A stretch of 64,000 nt of DNA from Escherichia virus TH15: the sequence record MT446392.1; one strand, given 5' to 3'. Below the pieces are notes generated by a model. That model searched no databases. It worked only from the letters and a program-made list of their open reading frames with translations, and was not told the origin of the DNA. The translations under genes were made by a program, and so were the position numbers. Of the stretch, positions 24,906 to 35,110 are shown piece after piece (the first letter of the stretch is position 1; each line of letters opens with the position of its first letter).

Positions 24906-25898
24906 ATGACACGTAATGAATATATCCAGGCCTTTAACTCAACTATCGACACAAAAGTAAAACCATTAATAGGTGAATCGGCTATCCTTTTAATTATCAA
25001 TTTCTGGTTAAATCAGATTGACTCGACAATTGTTGCATCTGGACGCTTCAAGAAAGACATTGCAACTATTGCGAGTCGTGCTGGTAACGATGATATCAAG
25101 AAAACTTTTAAAAGTTCCCGAGTCCTGGCATACCTGGTTAATAAAGACCTTCTTAACAAGTTTGGTGTTGAATCCAGACGTGGTAAAGGTACAATTGGAT
25201 ATCATTGGTTTGGCGATGTTGAAAAATACTATCTTGATAAACAAGGCTATACTGCTTCTGAATTCGCAAATTGTTGGGCTCGTGAATTCAGAGATAACAA
25301 AATGTCTATCATCAAATCAGCGACAAAATTGATGGGTGGTGATTTTCGCACTATCTCCCATTTGGCTGAGCACATGATAAATGTTAAAGATTCTGGTGAA
25401 AACCAGGTAATTATTGCAGTTAAGTATGAATTCTTTACGCCAGTGGCTACTCCAGAAAATGTCAAAAAGTACCTTGATGTTGCCTGTACGCTTACTCATC
25501 AGCTGCAGTGTGCACTTAATTATATGCGCACTGTTGAAAAAATTAAAGTAGACCCTATCACCAGTGCTCATGGTTGGAAAGGTTGGAAAATTGTGGTGAC
25601 ATTACGCGAAGTTAAATGTGCAAAGCAACCAACTGTTGCAGAAATCTATAAAAAGAAAAGTGAGGAAATTATGAATGCTCCGCATGAAGTTACTACCCTT
25701 GAAGACCTGATTGATAACCTGAATAATGAGCCAGTGAAACAAAAAGCGCCTGAAATTGTTGCCCTGGAAACAGCGTATAATGAAGCTCTTGCTGTTAATA
25801 AAAAGGCAACTGAAGACTATACAAAAGCCAAGCGACTTTGGGAAGAATCAACCAATCGTCTGGATAAACTGGAACAGGCTCTGGAGCTGTTGAAATGA
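24906..25898 (+). CDS. hypothetical protein
   Basis: 330-aa ORF after TGAGGAGAA. Confidence 0.65.
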   Translation: MTRNEYIQAFNSTIDTKVKPLIGESAILLIINFWLNQIDSTIVASGRFKKDIATIASRAGNDDIKKTFKSSRVLAYLVNKDLLNKFGVESRRGKGTIGYHWFGDVEKYYLDKQGYTASEFANCWAREFRDNKMSIIKSATKLMGGDFRTISHLAEHMINVKDSGENQVIIAVKYEFFTPVATPENVKKYLDVACTLTHQLQCALNYMRTVEKIKVDPITSAHGWKGWKIVVTLREVKCAKQPTVAEIYKKKSEEIMNAPHEVTTLEDLIDNLNNEPVKQKAPEIVALETAYNEALAVNKKATEDYTKAKRLWEESTNRLDKLEQALELLK

Positions 25899-26212
25899 AA
25901 AATCGTTTAAGAGAAGATATTGCTGCAGCCTCTAATACAGATTTATTGAAATTTATTAAAGAAGCCGAGCTCGATGAAATTAAATTGAATGGAAAAATTC
26001 ATGGCTGTGATGATTATAGCCGAGATATTCCTGATTGGAATGCTATTATTAAAATTGTCGAACGTCGTGAAAAAGCTTCTAAGAACGTTCCTAACTGTCC
26101 TATGTGTGGAACTGAACAAGTCCAGTTGATTCAATGGCGACATAATCCGCTTCAGTATAAATGTCGCATGTGTAAACACAAATTTGAGAGAGATGAAAAT
26201 GGCAAAGCGTAA
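25895..26212 (+). CDS. hypothetical zinc-ribbon protein
   Basis: CPMCG...CRMCKH motif. Confidence 0.55.
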   Translation: MKNRLREDIAAASNTDLLKFIKEAELDEIKLNGKIHGCDDYSRDIPDWNAIIKIVERREKASKNVPNCPMCGTEQVQLIQWRHNPLQYKCRMCKHKFERDENGKA

Positions 26213-26444
26213 AGAATATGTTGAGACCGCCGAAAGGGTGGTCCGTGAATTAACTCTGGCCTATTATAAAGAACACGGCAAATTTCCGGATAGTTATTCG
26301 GTATTGAAATCCGCTTTAACCCGTTCGTATAATAATATCCTTACTGAAGTGCATGATATCAGAAATGCACACCTTAAAGAAACTGGAACAGAGCTTGACC
26401 GCTCTGAAGTATTCAAACAAGTATTAGGAATTCAAGATGTTTAA
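26199..26444 (+). CDS. hypothetical protein
   Basis: ATG 26199 after GAGAGAGATGAAA. Confidence 0.5.
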   Translation: MAKRKEYVETAERVVRELTLAYYKEHGKFPDSYSVLKSALTRSYNNILTEVHDIRNAHLKETGTELDRSEVFKQVLGIQDV

Positions 26445-26700
26445 AGTATATGGCTATGATTCAAACATTCATCGTTGTGTTTTCTGCGACAATGCAAAAC
26501 GTCTACTTGACGTTAAAAAACAGCCTTACGAATTCATCAACGTGATGCCTGAAAAAGGTGTGTTTGATGATGAGAAGATTGCTCAACTCCTGGCTGCACT
26601 TGGTCGCGAATCCCAAATTGGTTTGACTATGCCACAAGTGTTTGCTCCTGACGGAAGTCATATTGGTGGCTTCGACCAACTGCGAGAATATTTCAAATGA
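26437..26700 (+). CDS. nrdC: glutaredoxin/thioredoxin NrdC
   Basis: [24 protein letters not shown]... near-identical to T4 NrdC. Confidence 0.9.
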   Translation: MFKVYGYDSNIHRCVFCDNAKRLLDVKKQPYEFINVMPEKGVFDDEKIAQLLAALGRESQIGLTMPQVFAPDGSHIGGFDQLREYFK

Positions 26701-26864
26701 TTGAATTAATGTTGGGTGTTTTGTATCTTATCATTGGTATTGGTTATGCTAAGACCCTAGCTAAATTAGATGATTTCGGTGCAGGTGATTTTTGTTGGTG
26801 GCTGACGTCTATGATTTGTTGGCCTTTATTTCTGGTTGGTGCTTCATTCTGGAACTTTAAATGA
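26697..26864 (+). CDS. hydrophobic small membrane protein (55 aa)
   Basis: ATGA overlap with nrdC stop; two TM helices; below track cutoff. Confidence 0.4.
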   Translation: MIELMLGVLYLIIGIGYAKTLAKLDDFGAGDFCWWLTSMICWPLFLVGASFWNFK

Positions 26865-26886
26865 TTGACGAATTTATGGTGGAATT

Positions 26887-27195
26887 ATGATTGGATTAAA
26901 TGAACAGACTATTTTTCTAGGTGATGGTACCGAAGATGACCTAGAATATAAACTCTATGAATACATGGTAGCCCTGGCGAAAGAAGAAGGTATTGACTTT
27001 GCTGTGGCTAATCCATATGGCGAGAACACCGTTGTAATCGGTGGCACTGCTTATGAAGTCCAATGGCAATACGTTGGGCTTGAATCTGAAGAATATGAAG
27101 AAGATAAGCATGGCGATTGGCATCCGGTTGGTCCTTGGTATTGGGACGACGGCGAGCCTGATTTTGAAGTAAGTAGTTATTGGTGTGACCGTTAA
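26887..27195 (+). CDS. hypothetical acidic protein
   Basis: 102-aa ORF. Confidence 0.55.
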   Translation: MIGLNEQTIFLGDGTEDDLEYKLYEYMVALAKEEGIDFAVANPYGENTVVIGGTAYEVQWQYVGLESEEYEEDKHGDWHPVGPWYWDDGEPDFEVSSYWCDR

Positions 27196-27311
27196 GCCAT
27201 GGTATACCGCTCGATGGGAAACTGTCGAGCCAGAGGAACCGGTTTACAACGGTTTCGAAACAGAGTATAATGAACCTTCAAACAATGATTTAATCGATAT
27301 GGAGTTTGGAT

Positions 27312-27485
27312 ATGAGTACCAAAATTGAAGTTGGCCGTCACAAAGGCCGTTTAATTGAACATTCTCTTTACGAGTTGTCGGATTCTCGTAAGTTACCTGA
27401 TGAAGAATCTGCTTTAATTTTTGCCGCGGCAGATTATATTCATTGGCTTGAAGCCCAACTTCGCTTTTCTGATGAGGTCTTTTAA
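27312..27485 (+). CDS. hypothetical small protein (57 aa)
   Basis: GGAG SD; TAATG junction to next gene. Confidence 0.35.
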   Translation: MSTKIEVGRHKGRLIEHSLYELSDSRKLPDEESALIFAAADYIHWLEAQLRFSDEVF

Positions 27486-27754
27486 TGTTTTTAGAAATTG
27501 TTAATATTCATGCTGCTCAATCAGGTTTTATGAAAGAGCTTCAAGACGCGGGATTTAAAAATGGTGATGTTATCCAGGCGTTAAGACAACGTTTTGACCC
27601 TGATGTTGAATGTAATGTTTGGGACGTTGTTGAAGCAGATGAATACCTTTTTGATACCATAGAAATTGAAGGGTCATGGACCTGTATCACTGAGTATATG
27701 ATAATTGATAATGGTAACGTTGAATGCCATTATCCTTGTTTTAGGATTGTTTAA
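27485..27754 (+). CDS. hypothetical protein
   Basis: 89-aa ORF. Confidence 0.5.
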   Translation: MFLEIVNIHAAQSGFMKELQDAGFKNGDVIQALRQRFDPDVECNVWDVVEADEYLFDTIEIEGSWTCITEYMIIDNGNVECHYPCFRIV

Positions 27755-27930
27755 TGAAAACTAAATTAGTCTATACTGAAAAATTAAATGGTGCCAAGGT
27801 CTGGAAACTTCTTATCAAAGGAAGTCCTACCGACCAGTTTATGGCCACCTGTGTGGGATTGTATACTCGTCCTACCAAAAAGATGATTCGTCAATTTAAA
27901 CGGTTGCATCGCTCTTTCTATAATATTTAA
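27754..27930 (+). CDS. hypothetical small basic protein (58 aa)
   Basis: TAATG junction; below track cutoff. Confidence 0.35.
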   Translation: MKTKLVYTEKLNGAKVWKLLIKGSPTDQFMATCVGLYTRPTKKMIRQFKRLHRSFYNI

Positions 27931-27966
27931 TAAATACCCTTATCTAATAATGGTAGGGGTTAAATT

Positions 27967-29043
27967 ATGCAAGATTATGGCCATTGGTCTGTATTTGAAG
28001 AAGTTGACATTAAAAATTATATTGGGTTTGTGTACGTGATTACATTTGAAGACGGTCGCAAATATGTTGGTGCTAAAAAGATTTGGAAACGAATCAAAGC
28101 AGCTCCATGCACATTCAAGCGCGGTCCCAAAAAAGGTTTTGAAGAATCTGATTGGAAAACCTACACATCCTCATCAAATGAGTTAAACTCAATTCTGGAA
28201 AATGGTATAAAGCCAAAAGAAATGATTATCATGGGTTGGTATCCAACTTGGGGTAAAACACTTATGGCTGAAATGGAAATGCAACTAGCTAATGATGTTT
28301 TGCGAGACCCAATGTGGCTCAACAAACAGATTGGTGGTCATTTCAACCCCAACTGTTTTGATGATTTGACTCAAGATGATATTGCTCGATGGATTGAATT
28401 TGACAAAGGCAATGAACATGTTAATTGGCCTGTGATGTATAAAATGGGTCAGAAAACTAAATATGTTAAACCTGACGAAGTTGAAAATTATTTGGCGAAG
28501 GGTTGGCAGTTTGGGCGTTCTCGTTCAGAAAAGCATGGAATAATTACCAATTGTTCTTCGTATAAAATTTGGGATTACCAGACTGATACGGAAGTTGAAG
28601 TCGTTAACCAAACCGAGTTCGCGCAAGAAAATGAAATCTCTGCAAGTCATTTAACCAGACTGTTACAGGGTGATTTAGACCTAATTCAGGAACGTTGGGG
28701 CTTACCTCCGACCATTGCACGACAAAGATACAAATTTGCTTTGGCTGATGATAGTGTAAAATTTATATCGAACGCTGATGTTGAACAATATTTTGGTGTT
28801 GGTCGCGGTGGTTGTGCAAAAATATTAAAAGATGGAAAAATTAAAAAGTTGGTCGTGGAAGACAAAAAATCGCATAAAGCAAAACTTGCAACCATGGATT
28901 TAGTCAAAACAGTTCGACATGAAAAAGTTTCACAAATGGAATTAAACTTTTTCAAAGATATGGTTAATCCGCTATCTCAAACTGAAAGAGATAACTTAAC
29001 AGTATGGCTCGAAAGCTATATACAGTATTTAAAAAACAACTGA
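27967..29043 (+). CDS. GIY-YIG homing endonuclease-like protein
   Basis: N-terminal IGFVYVITFEDGRKYVGAKK GIY-YIG-like motif; 358 aa. Confidence 0.65.
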   Translation: MQDYGHWSVFEEVDIKNYIGFVYVITFEDGRKYVGAKKIWKRIKAAPCTFKRGPKKGFEESDWKTYTSSSNELNSILENGIKPKEMIIMGWYPTWGKTLMAEMEMQLANDVLRDPMWLNKQIGGHFNPNCFDDLTQDDIARWIEFDKGNEHVNWPVMYKMGQKTKYVKPDEVENYLAKGWQFGRSRSEKHGIITNCSSYKIWDYQTDTEVEVVNQTEFAQENEISASHLTRLLQGDLDLIQERWGLPPTIARQRYKFALADDSVKFISNADVEQYFGVGRGGCAKILKDGKIKKLVVEDKKSHKAKLATMDLVKTVRHEKVSQMELNFFKDMVNPLSQTERDNLTVWLESYIQYLKNN

Positions 29044-29181
29044 GGAAATCGCTCAAATGATTAATTTTTATGGCTACATATTTTATGCTTTAGCTGAATC
29101 TATGAATGATATTATCCGCCGCATGGGTGACGAGTATCCTTCTCAATGGCTATTCCTCGTAACCAATACAGGACCTTTCTA

Positions 29182-29397
29182 ATGAATAATTTTCGCAATG
29201 CGGCGGCAGATATCCTGGCAAACATAACGCTTGTGTTGTTCATCGTTTGTCTGCTTATTCTGGCTATCCCGTTTGGTTTGCTGTTTGTTATCATCGGTTG
29301 GTTAAGCACTAATCCTGGCCTCGAAAGCTCTGAATTCAACAAAAGAATCCAGGCTATTCATAATACCATTGCAAAAATGCTGAAGGTGAAAGAATGA
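29182..29397 (+). CDS. hypothetical membrane protein
   Basis: ATG 29182; TM helices. Confidence 0.45.
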   Translation: MNNFRNAAADILANITLVLFIVCLLILAIPFGLLFVIIGWLSTNPGLESSEFNKRIQAIHNTIAKMLKVKE

Positions 29398-29693
29398 AAC
29401 GTTTTGAAGAATATGTAGCTACTAATTGGACCGCATGGGACAAGTTCGGTGATGAATGGTACTTCCATGACTGTGACTTGGACCCGAAATTCTTTGCTGA
29501 TAAAGAAGAAGACCTTAAAGATATCTATGCTCTATCTGAGATTCATGGAATCAAACCGACGGTTTATTTCTCTTTCGACGACACTGGTTTCCTTGTACAG
29601 GTTTATGTCCCGTATGCAACCGCCAGCGATGAAGAAGTTATTAAAACCTGGAACTACCAAGGAGTGATTTCCTGTGGGCCAAAACTCGACTAA
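29394..29693 (+). CDS. hypothetical protein
   Basis: 99-aa ORF, ATGA overlap. Confidence 0.5.
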   Translation: MKRFEEYVATNWTAWDKFGDEWYFHDCDLDPKFFADKEEDLKDIYALSEIHGIKPTVYFSFDDTGFLVQVYVPYATASDEEVIKTWNYQGVISCGPKLD

Positions 29694-29991
29694 GATTGAA
29701 ATCTATGGTATCCCCGAAGAAGTCGGTCGATGCCCTGGTTGTATGCACGTCAGGAGCCTTCTGGGCTCCTTAAACCTTCCTTATACATTCTATTCAGTCC
29801 TTAACAAACAAGGCTCTGAAATCGCTTATGACAGGCCATTAATCGTGTCTTTGGCTAAGCGTGCTGGATATCCTACCCTTAACATTCGTTACCCAGTGAT
29901 TTTTGTCAATGATGAAAAAATGACCAATATTCCTGCCTTTAAAACAAAACTGATATCCCTGGGGTATGACCAGGACTTAATTGAAGATTAA
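29674..29991 (+). CDS. thioredoxin/glutaredoxin-like protein
   Basis: CPGC motif after first beta-strand; GTG start preceded by AAGGAG. Confidence 0.5.
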   Translation: MGQNSTKIEIYGIPEEVGRCPGCMHVRSLLGSLNLPYTFYSVLNKQGSEIAYDRPLIVSLAKRAGYPTLNIRYPVIFVNDEKMTNIPAFKTKLISLGYDQDLIED

Positions 29992-30013
29992 AAAGGGGTG
30001 TACAAGCCCCTTT
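29992..30013 (+). terminator. GC hairpin (terminator-like) containing a promoter -35
   Basis: Stem AAAGGGG/CCCCTTT with GTGTACA in loop. Confidence 0.5.
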
Positions 30014-30027
30014 GAATGATGTATCAT
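29998..30027 (+). promoter_or_regulatory. T4-type early promoter embedded in hairpin
   Basis: -35 GTGTACA, 17-nt spacer, -10 TATCAT. Confidence 0.5.
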
Positions 30028-30058
30028 TATCCCATCAACTACTGATGAGGAAAACAAA

Positions 30059-30241
30059 ATGGTTATTCAAGATAAAGAAATTAAAGTTGACCGGTATTAT
30101 TCTGTAAATGGCTATCCTGTACAGGTAACCAAAGTGACTGACCAAGATGTATGGTATCGTCCTTTGAAATGGCCTGATGCTCCGTTGATGGTGTGTGACC
30201 GTAGCTTGTTCAATACAGTTGCAAAAGGACCTAAATTATGA
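30059..30241 (+). CDS. hypothetical protein
   Basis: 60-aa ORF after TGAGGAAAA. Confidence 0.45.
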   Translation: MVIQDKEIKVDRYYSVNGYPVQVTKVTDQDVWYRPLKWPDAPLMVCDRSLFNTVAKGPKL

Positions 30242-30486
30242 GCCTTAAATTGCACGCAATGAAAAATATCATTACCCTTAATCTGGATGATGAGCGTCTG
30301 ATTTTTCTCACCATCACTGATAAGAATATTGAAATTGCAAATGGTCCTAAGACTTATTGTTGCCCAGTAAAAAATTGGAAGCATGTAACCTTTTTGTCCC
30401 TGGGCGAACGTCTGGAAGACCTTAAGTTGGATTTGGGTATCAAAGATATCCAGTATATCAAAAATCTTATTGACGCTAACTGCTGA
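30238..30486 (+). CDS. hypothetical protein
   Basis: 82-aa ORF, ATGA overlap. Confidence 0.5.
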   Translation: MSLKLHAMKNIITLNLDDERLIFLTITDKNIEIANGPKTYCCPVKNWKHVTFLSLGERLEDLKLDLGIKDIQYIKNLIDANC

Positions 30487-30493
30487 GGTAACT

Positions 30494-30787
30494 ATGGGTA
30501 AAACTATTCGTCGCAAAGAATTGTCTGTAAAAGATTTTTATTATTCAGGGCGTCGTCAGGCGCGCTGTGGTGTAAGTCAGGAACAAGTTGAAGAAAATAT
30601 CTTCCGTTCAGACAAATGGAAGCGTATGCGTGGTGTTGATTCAGAAGTTAAGAATGAGATGAATCGTCAACTGCGTAAAGAAGTTCGTCAGTTGAAAAAA
30701 GATGTGTACGTTGAGGATGATTTTGATTATAATACTTCTCATCGTGTTGCAAAGCGTAAATCAAATGAATGTTACCGTTATAGCTGA
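30494..30787 (+). CDS. hypothetical basic protein
   Basis: Track start 30470 is TTG; ATG 30494 after GAGG. Confidence 0.5.
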   Translation: MGKTIRRKELSVKDFYYSGRRQARCGVSQEQVEENIFRSDKWKRMRGVDSEVKNEMNRQLRKEVRQLKKDVYVEDDFDYNTSHRVAKRKSNECYRYS

Positions 30788-30794
30788 GGAAAAT

Positions 30795-30926
30795 ATGAAT
30801 ATCAAACGAATGTTTTTTAAGCAGGGGTTATACACTTTAAATGCTACTCCAAAGGGTGATACAACTAAGTGGTCAGTAAATGACTGGATTAAATTCATTG
30901 ATGAAAATGGCAATTGGAAAATTTAA
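30795..30926 (+). CDS. hypothetical small protein (43 aa)
   Basis: ATG after TGAGGAAAA; upstream part of track ORF overlaps previous gene. Confidence 0.35.
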   Translation: MNIKRMFFKQGLYTLNATPKGDTTKWSVNDWIKFIDENGNWKI

Positions 30927-31124
30927 ATGAATCCTGAATCTAAATTATCACAGCGAATTGCCGAATCTCGTCGTCAGTTCTTTGAAAATATGATGGCCCA
31001 AGGTATTGATGACGAAGTTTTTCTGAACTGGTTTTGGAATCACAAATATTCAAGCTGTTCAGGAGCAATATTAATATCCGTCGCATTGATGTATGAAGGA
31101 TGGAAAGCCGCTAAAGCGCAGTAA
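30927..31124 (+). CDS. hypothetical protein
   Basis: 65-aa ORF. Confidence 0.45.
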   Translation: MNPESKLSQRIAESRRQFFENMMAQGIDDEVFLNWFWNHKYSSCSGAILISVALMYEGWKAAKAQ

Positions 31125-31191
31125 AAACCAACGGGGTCATGGTATAATGACCCCAAGGATAATAAAATTTTAATTGAATGAGGAATATATC

Positions 31192-31518
31192 ATGACTGCA
31201 TCTATCACTAACACCATCGCTAATTTCGCATTTGCTAAAGTCAACACTCTGATGAAATCTGGTTTCGTTACTCCTGAGATTCTGGACCAGTGGGAAGGTG
31301 ATGTACAGAAGTTGATTATTGCAGAAGGTCAGACAATGGGTAAAGCACGTATTCGTGAAAGCCTTGTTCAGTATATCCTGAATGAATTTGATGTAGTAGC
31401 GTTTGGTCTGCCGCTCCCACGTGAAAACAAAGAAGTTTCTGACAAAGCCATCAAGCGCATGAATTCCCAGCGCAAGAAAGGTTTTGTTGACCTGAAAATT
31501 GTTAAGGGCGAGAAATGA
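31192..31518 (+). CDS. hypothetical protein
   Basis: ATG 31192 after TGAGGAA. Confidence 0.55.
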   Translation: MTASITNTIANFAFAKVNTLMKSGFVTPEILDQWEGDVQKLIIAEGQTMGKARIRESLVQYILNEFDVVAFGLPLPRENKEVSDKAIKRMNSQRKKGFVDLKIVKGEK

Positions 31519-31781
31519 TTAAAATTAAACTCTCTCATTATGAGAAAAACCTGGAAATGATTACTATGAAAGAAGAACTCCTAAATGATATCCGCTTTAC
31601 GGGTTACGCAGTTCAATTTAATGATGTTGGTGTCCTCCAGATTGAAGGCGACCACTTTATTATTGAATATGAATTCAAGCAGTATTGGTTGTATGCCAAA
31701 GATGAAGTTGGCGGGATTGATTATGTTGACCAGTTTGATAAGCTTGATGATGTTTTAGAAGCTGCCCAATTGGTGCACTGA
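31515..31781 (+). CDS. hypothetical protein
   Basis: 88-aa ORF, ATGA overlap. Confidence 0.5.
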   Translation: MIKIKLSHYEKNLEMITMKEELLNDIRFTGYAVQFNDVGVLQIEGDHFIIEYEFKQYWLYAKDEVGGIDYVDQFDKLDDVLEAAQLVH

Positions 31782-32047
31782 TGCACATCAATCATACAAT
31801 GATATCCGTCCAGGACCTGGGAACGTTTTGGGTGGATGAATTCATGAAAATAACATTCTTCCCACACGCAGAAGGGTATGGCTCCTGGGAATCTCATATC
31901 AGCATGTTGAATGAAGGTCAATACCGCAACGAGCATGACCGGCTGATGGAATTCATTAGTGATGCTGAGGTTATCCCTTATATTGACATCCACGAATTTA
32001 AGGCAATTATGGAGAAGGTCTTCCAGGCTTACTGTTTACTTCGCTAA
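31781..32047 (+). CDS. hypothetical protein
   Basis: 88-aa ORF, overlap with upstream stop. Confidence 0.5.
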   Translation: MHINHTMISVQDLGTFWVDEFMKITFFPHAEGYGSWESHISMLNEGQYRNEHDRLMEFISDAEVIPYIDIHEFKAIMEKVFQAYCLLR

Positions 32048-32072
32048 CGCTTTGTATCAAGGATGATATAAT
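32046..32072 (+). promoter_or_regulatory. possible middle-type promoter upstream of gene 55
   Basis: AACGCTTTG, 12-nt spacer, -10 TATAAT. Confidence 0.4.
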
Positions 32073-32095
32073 ATTCATATACTAAGTGAGGCGAT

Positions 32096-32653
32096 ATGAA
32101 CGAAATTAAATTAACCAAGAATAACTATGTAAATAATAAAGAGCTTCTGAAAGCTATTTCGGAGTGGAAACAGAAGCTGAATGCGAACACCGACCCAAAT
32201 AAAATTATTCGCCAGAACGATGTTATTGGTCTGGCAATTATGCTTATAGCCGAAGGTCTTAGCAAACGTTTCAACTTTTCAGGATATACCCAATCTTGGA
32301 AGCAGGAAATGATAGCGGACGGAATTGAGGCCGCAATAAAAGGTCTTCATAACTTCGACGAAACAAAATACGATAATCCACATGCTTACATAACAATGGC
32401 TTGCTTCAATGCTTTCGTTCAGCGTATCAAAAAAGAACGTAAAGAAATGGCAAAGAAATATAGCTACTTCGTCCATAACGTGTACGATTCACGTGACGAC
32501 GATATGGTGGCTCTGGCTGACGAAACATTTATCCAGGACATCTATGACAAAATGACACAGTACGAATCCTCCTTAGTTAAAGCGCCAGGGTCTGATAAGA
32601 GCGCCAAAGATAAAGAAGGTGATTTGGATTTTTTATATGGAACATCAATTTGA
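32096..32653 (+). CDS. 55: late-transcription sigma factor gp55
   Basis: [16 protein letters not shown]...[19 protein letters not shown] matches T4 gp55. Confidence 0.9.
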   Translation: MNEIKLTKNNYVNNKELLKAISEWKQKLNANTDPNKIIRQNDVIGLAIMLIAEGLSKRFNFSGYTQSWKQEMIADGIEAAIKGLHNFDETKYDNPHAYITMACFNAFVQRIKKERKEMAKKYSYFVHNVYDSRDDDMVALADETFIQDIYDKMTQYESSLVKAPGSDKSAKDKEGDLDFLYGTSI

Positions 32654-32870
32654 TATTACCGATTTTTTAGATAAAATCGAGGAAGACTTTACAGCGCTCC
32701 CATATTTCATTAAACTTTATCTGCGAGACATAAAAGGTCTTCCAATTGATATCGACCCTTTAAACGTCCGGAATCTGGAATTTACTTCACCGGATAATAA
32801 CGTTGATTACCGTTATCATGTGGATAATGCTAATCTATATTTTACAATTGAGTTAACTCCCAAGGATTAA
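32637..32870 (+). CDS. hypothetical protein
   Basis: ATG 32637 overlapping end of 55. Confidence 0.45.
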   Translation: MEHQFDITDFLDKIEEDFTALPYFIKLYLRDIKGLPIDIDPLNVRNLEFTSPDNNVDYRYHVDNANLYFTIELTPKD

Positions 32871-32871
32871 T

Positions 32872-33183
32872 ATGCAAGCTCCAGATATTTCTCAACTGAC
32901 CGATAAGCAGATTGAAGAAGCACAGGAACGTCTCGAAGAAGCGAACGCACTCGAAGCTACCAGCCAGGCAGCAAAGATTCTGAAAAAGAATGCTCGTGAA
33001 ATTGAACGCCTGAATAAGCATGCTCAAGGGGCAGTGCTGGAAAACAATTTTGAAGCATACAAATATGCTTTAGTTAAACTGCGTGGAATTTACCGCCAAC
33101 CAGTTACGGAAGACCTGATTAAGTTGATGTGGGAAACTACTCGCAAGCAAATTTGGGAAATCGTAAATGGCATTAGTAAATAA
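32872..33183 (+). CDS. hypothetical coiled-coil protein
   Basis: 103-aa ORF. Confidence 0.5.
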   Translation: MQAPDISQLTDKQIEEAQERLEEANALEATSQAAKILKKNAREIERLNKHAQGAVLENNFEAYKYALVKLRGIYRQPVTEDLIKLMWETTRKQIWEIVNGISK

Positions 33184-33367
33184 ACCTTTTAAACGGCTTC
33201 TTGTTGGAGCCGCTTTCAGACTTCGCTCATATGGTAATATCTGTATTAAGCAGACTGAAACCGAATACAAAATGATTGGCCAGTATTCTGACGGTATTTT
33301 TCAGATTGAGCCAGTAGCGAAGGTGTGGGTTGATTCACATCAACTTAAGAAATGGTGGCAAAGGTGA
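33167..33367 (+). CDS. hypothetical protein
   Basis: 66-aa ORF. Confidence 0.35.
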   Translation: MALVNKPFKRLLVGAAFRLRSYGNICIKQTETEYKMIGQYSDGIFQIEPVAKVWVDSHQLKKWWQR

Positions 33368-33459
33368 TAACATGGACGGCGGGCTAATGAAAGACGAACA
33401 TCCAGATTTTTAAGAGGTCATATGAATGACGAGTACGAAAAAGTTTAAGAGACTACGTT

Positions 33460-33633
33460 ATGATGAATTCGACGGATTTTGATAAGATTAAATCTGACAA
33501 AAATGAGATGATGCTTCAATTTGAAGCCGCTCGTATTAAAGCAGAAAATGAAGGTACTATTACCTATAAACCCATCAAGTTCAAGTCTTCTCATGAACCT
33601 CTGTATGGTGTATTAATTGGAAAGGAAGCCTAG
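33460..33633 (+). CDS. hypothetical small protein (57 aa)
   Basis: ATGATG start, weak SD; stop inside terminator hairpin. Confidence 0.3.
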   Translation: MMNSTDFDKIKSDKNEMMLQFEAARIKAENEGTITYKPIKFKSSHEPLYGVLIGKEA

Positions 33634-33646
33634 TGCTTCCTTTTTT
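33623..33646 (+). terminator. rho-independent terminator
   Basis: Stem GGAAGC/GCTTCC then T6. Confidence 0.6.
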
Positions 33647-33670
33647 GCTTTATAGTCGGGATGATAAAAT
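33644..33670 (+). promoter_or_regulatory. T4 middle-type promoter (MotA box)
   Basis: TTTGCTTTA, 12-nt spacer, -10 TAAAAT; upstream of gene 47. Confidence 0.5.
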
Positions 33671-33690
33671 GAACCAACTGAGGAGAACAT

Positions 33691-33834
33691 ATGGAATTAT
33701 TTTTAGGATATGTCGTGTTATTCATGGCATTCTACACATTCACACGAACTTGTTGGATAGGATTCTTTTCTACTCCTGACGGGTTCATCTCATTAATTTT
33801 ATTTTGCATTGCGATAACGGCGCTTGGCTTATGA
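33691..33834 (+). CDS. hydrophobic small membrane protein (47 aa)
   Basis: ATG after TGAGGAGAACAT; ATGA overlap with gene 47. Confidence 0.4.
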   Translation: MELFLGYVVLFMAFYTFTRTCWIGFFSTPDGFISLILFCIAITALGL

Positions 33835-34850
33835 AAATTTTAAATTTAGGTGATTGGCACTTAGGTGTCAAAGCTGACGACCCATGGGCTCAAAACATTC
33901 AACGCGATGGTATTTTACAGGCGATTGCATATTCCAAGGCAAATGGGATTAAAGTCTGGATTCAATATGGTGATATTTTTGACGTCCGTAAGGCCGTAAC
34001 GCATAAGACGATGGAATTCAGCCGCGAGATTATGGAACTCCTTCGTGAAGCAGGAATTACTATGCACACGATAGTCGGGAACCATGACATGAATCTGAAG
34101 AATAAGATTCATCCTAATGCTATCACTGAACTCCTGAATAAGTATGACCATGTTAAAATCTACGACAAGCCAACGACTGTTGATTTTGACGGTTGTCAGA
34201 TTGATATGATTCCATGGATGTGTGACGAGAACGCGACTGACATTCATCAACACATCAAAACTTCTGGTGCCGAATATTGCATCGGTCATTGGGAATTAAC
34301 TGGGTTTTATTTCTATAAAGGATTGAAATCTCACGGACTTGAGCCTGATTTCCTTAAGAAGTACAAGCAAGTTTGGTCTGGTCACTTTCACACCATTTCA
34401 GAAGCTGCAAACGTTAAGTACATCGGTACACCATGGACATTAACAGCAGGTGATGAGAATGACCCGCGCGGATTCTGGGAATTTGATACCGAAACCGAAG
34501 AGATGAAATTTATTCCGAATGAAACCACCTGGCATCGGAAGATTTTCTATCCAAACGAAACTATTAACTACGACGACTTCAAAGACTTATCAGTCCGTGT
34601 TATTGTAGAAAAAGTCGATAAAGACCTGACCAAGTTCGAATCTGAATTAGAAAAGCGTGTGCATGAATTGCGTGTTGTCAATAAGGTTGATAACAGTGTT
34701 GATACATCAGATTCCGAAGAAGAGTTAGACATAAAACGCTTAACTGATATGATGGCAGAATATATCGATGCATTACCTGATGCCAATGAGAAAGAATCAA
34801 AAGCTCTCAAAGCATTGGCCAACAAATTATATCTTGAGGTGCAACCGTGA
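33831..34850 (+). CDS. 47: recombination endonuclease subunit gp47 (Mre11-like)
   Basis: MKILNLGDWHLG, GDIFD, GNHD phosphoesterase motifs; matches T4 gp47. Confidence 0.9.
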   Translation: MKILNLGDWHLGVKADDPWAQNIQRDGILQAIAYSKANGIKVWIQYGDIFDVRKAVTHKTMEFSREIMELLREAGITMHTIVGNHDMNLKNKIHPNAITELLNKYDHVKIYDKPTTVDFDGCQIDMIPWMCDENATDIHQHIKTSGAEYCIGHWELTGFYFYKGLKSHGLEPDFLKKYKQVWSGHFHTISEAANVKYIGTPWTLTAGDENDPRGFWEFDTETEEMKFIPNETTWHRKIFYPNETINYDDFKDLSVRVIVEKVDKDLTKFESELEKRVHELRVVNKVDNSVDTSDSEEELDIKRLTDMMAEYIDALPDANEKESKALKALANKLYLEVQP

Positions 34851-35110
34851 GACTTTATGATTTTAATGAAGCGGGACTTGAACATATCCGCGAATGTGAT
34901 GTGGTTGACGATGATAACCAACCGAATACGATTAAGTATTGGTTTGAAGCCATTACTGACCGGGAAACCGGCCAACTTATCAAAGTCTATGTAGTCACTG
35001 ATTGGGCTGTAGAATTTAGCTTTAATGTAATGGAAGATGATACTCCAGAGACATTAATTCATATGGCTGAATCATGTATCAAGGATGCTTATTACGATGA
35101 AGACTTTTAA
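34847..35110 (+). CDS. hypothetical protein
   Basis: 87-aa ORF between 47 and 46. Confidence 0.55.
   Translation: MRLYDFNEAGLEHIRECDVVDDDNQPNTIKYWFEAITDRETGQLIKVYVVTDWAVEFSFNVMEDDTPETLIHMAESCIKDAYYDEDF

Noticed and set aside
31143-31148. Stand-alone TATAAT at 31143 as a promoter
   Set aside because: No recognisable -35 or MotA box at the right spacing; it sits in the loop of an inverted repeat (GGGGTCAT / ATGACCCC), so it was left unannotated.
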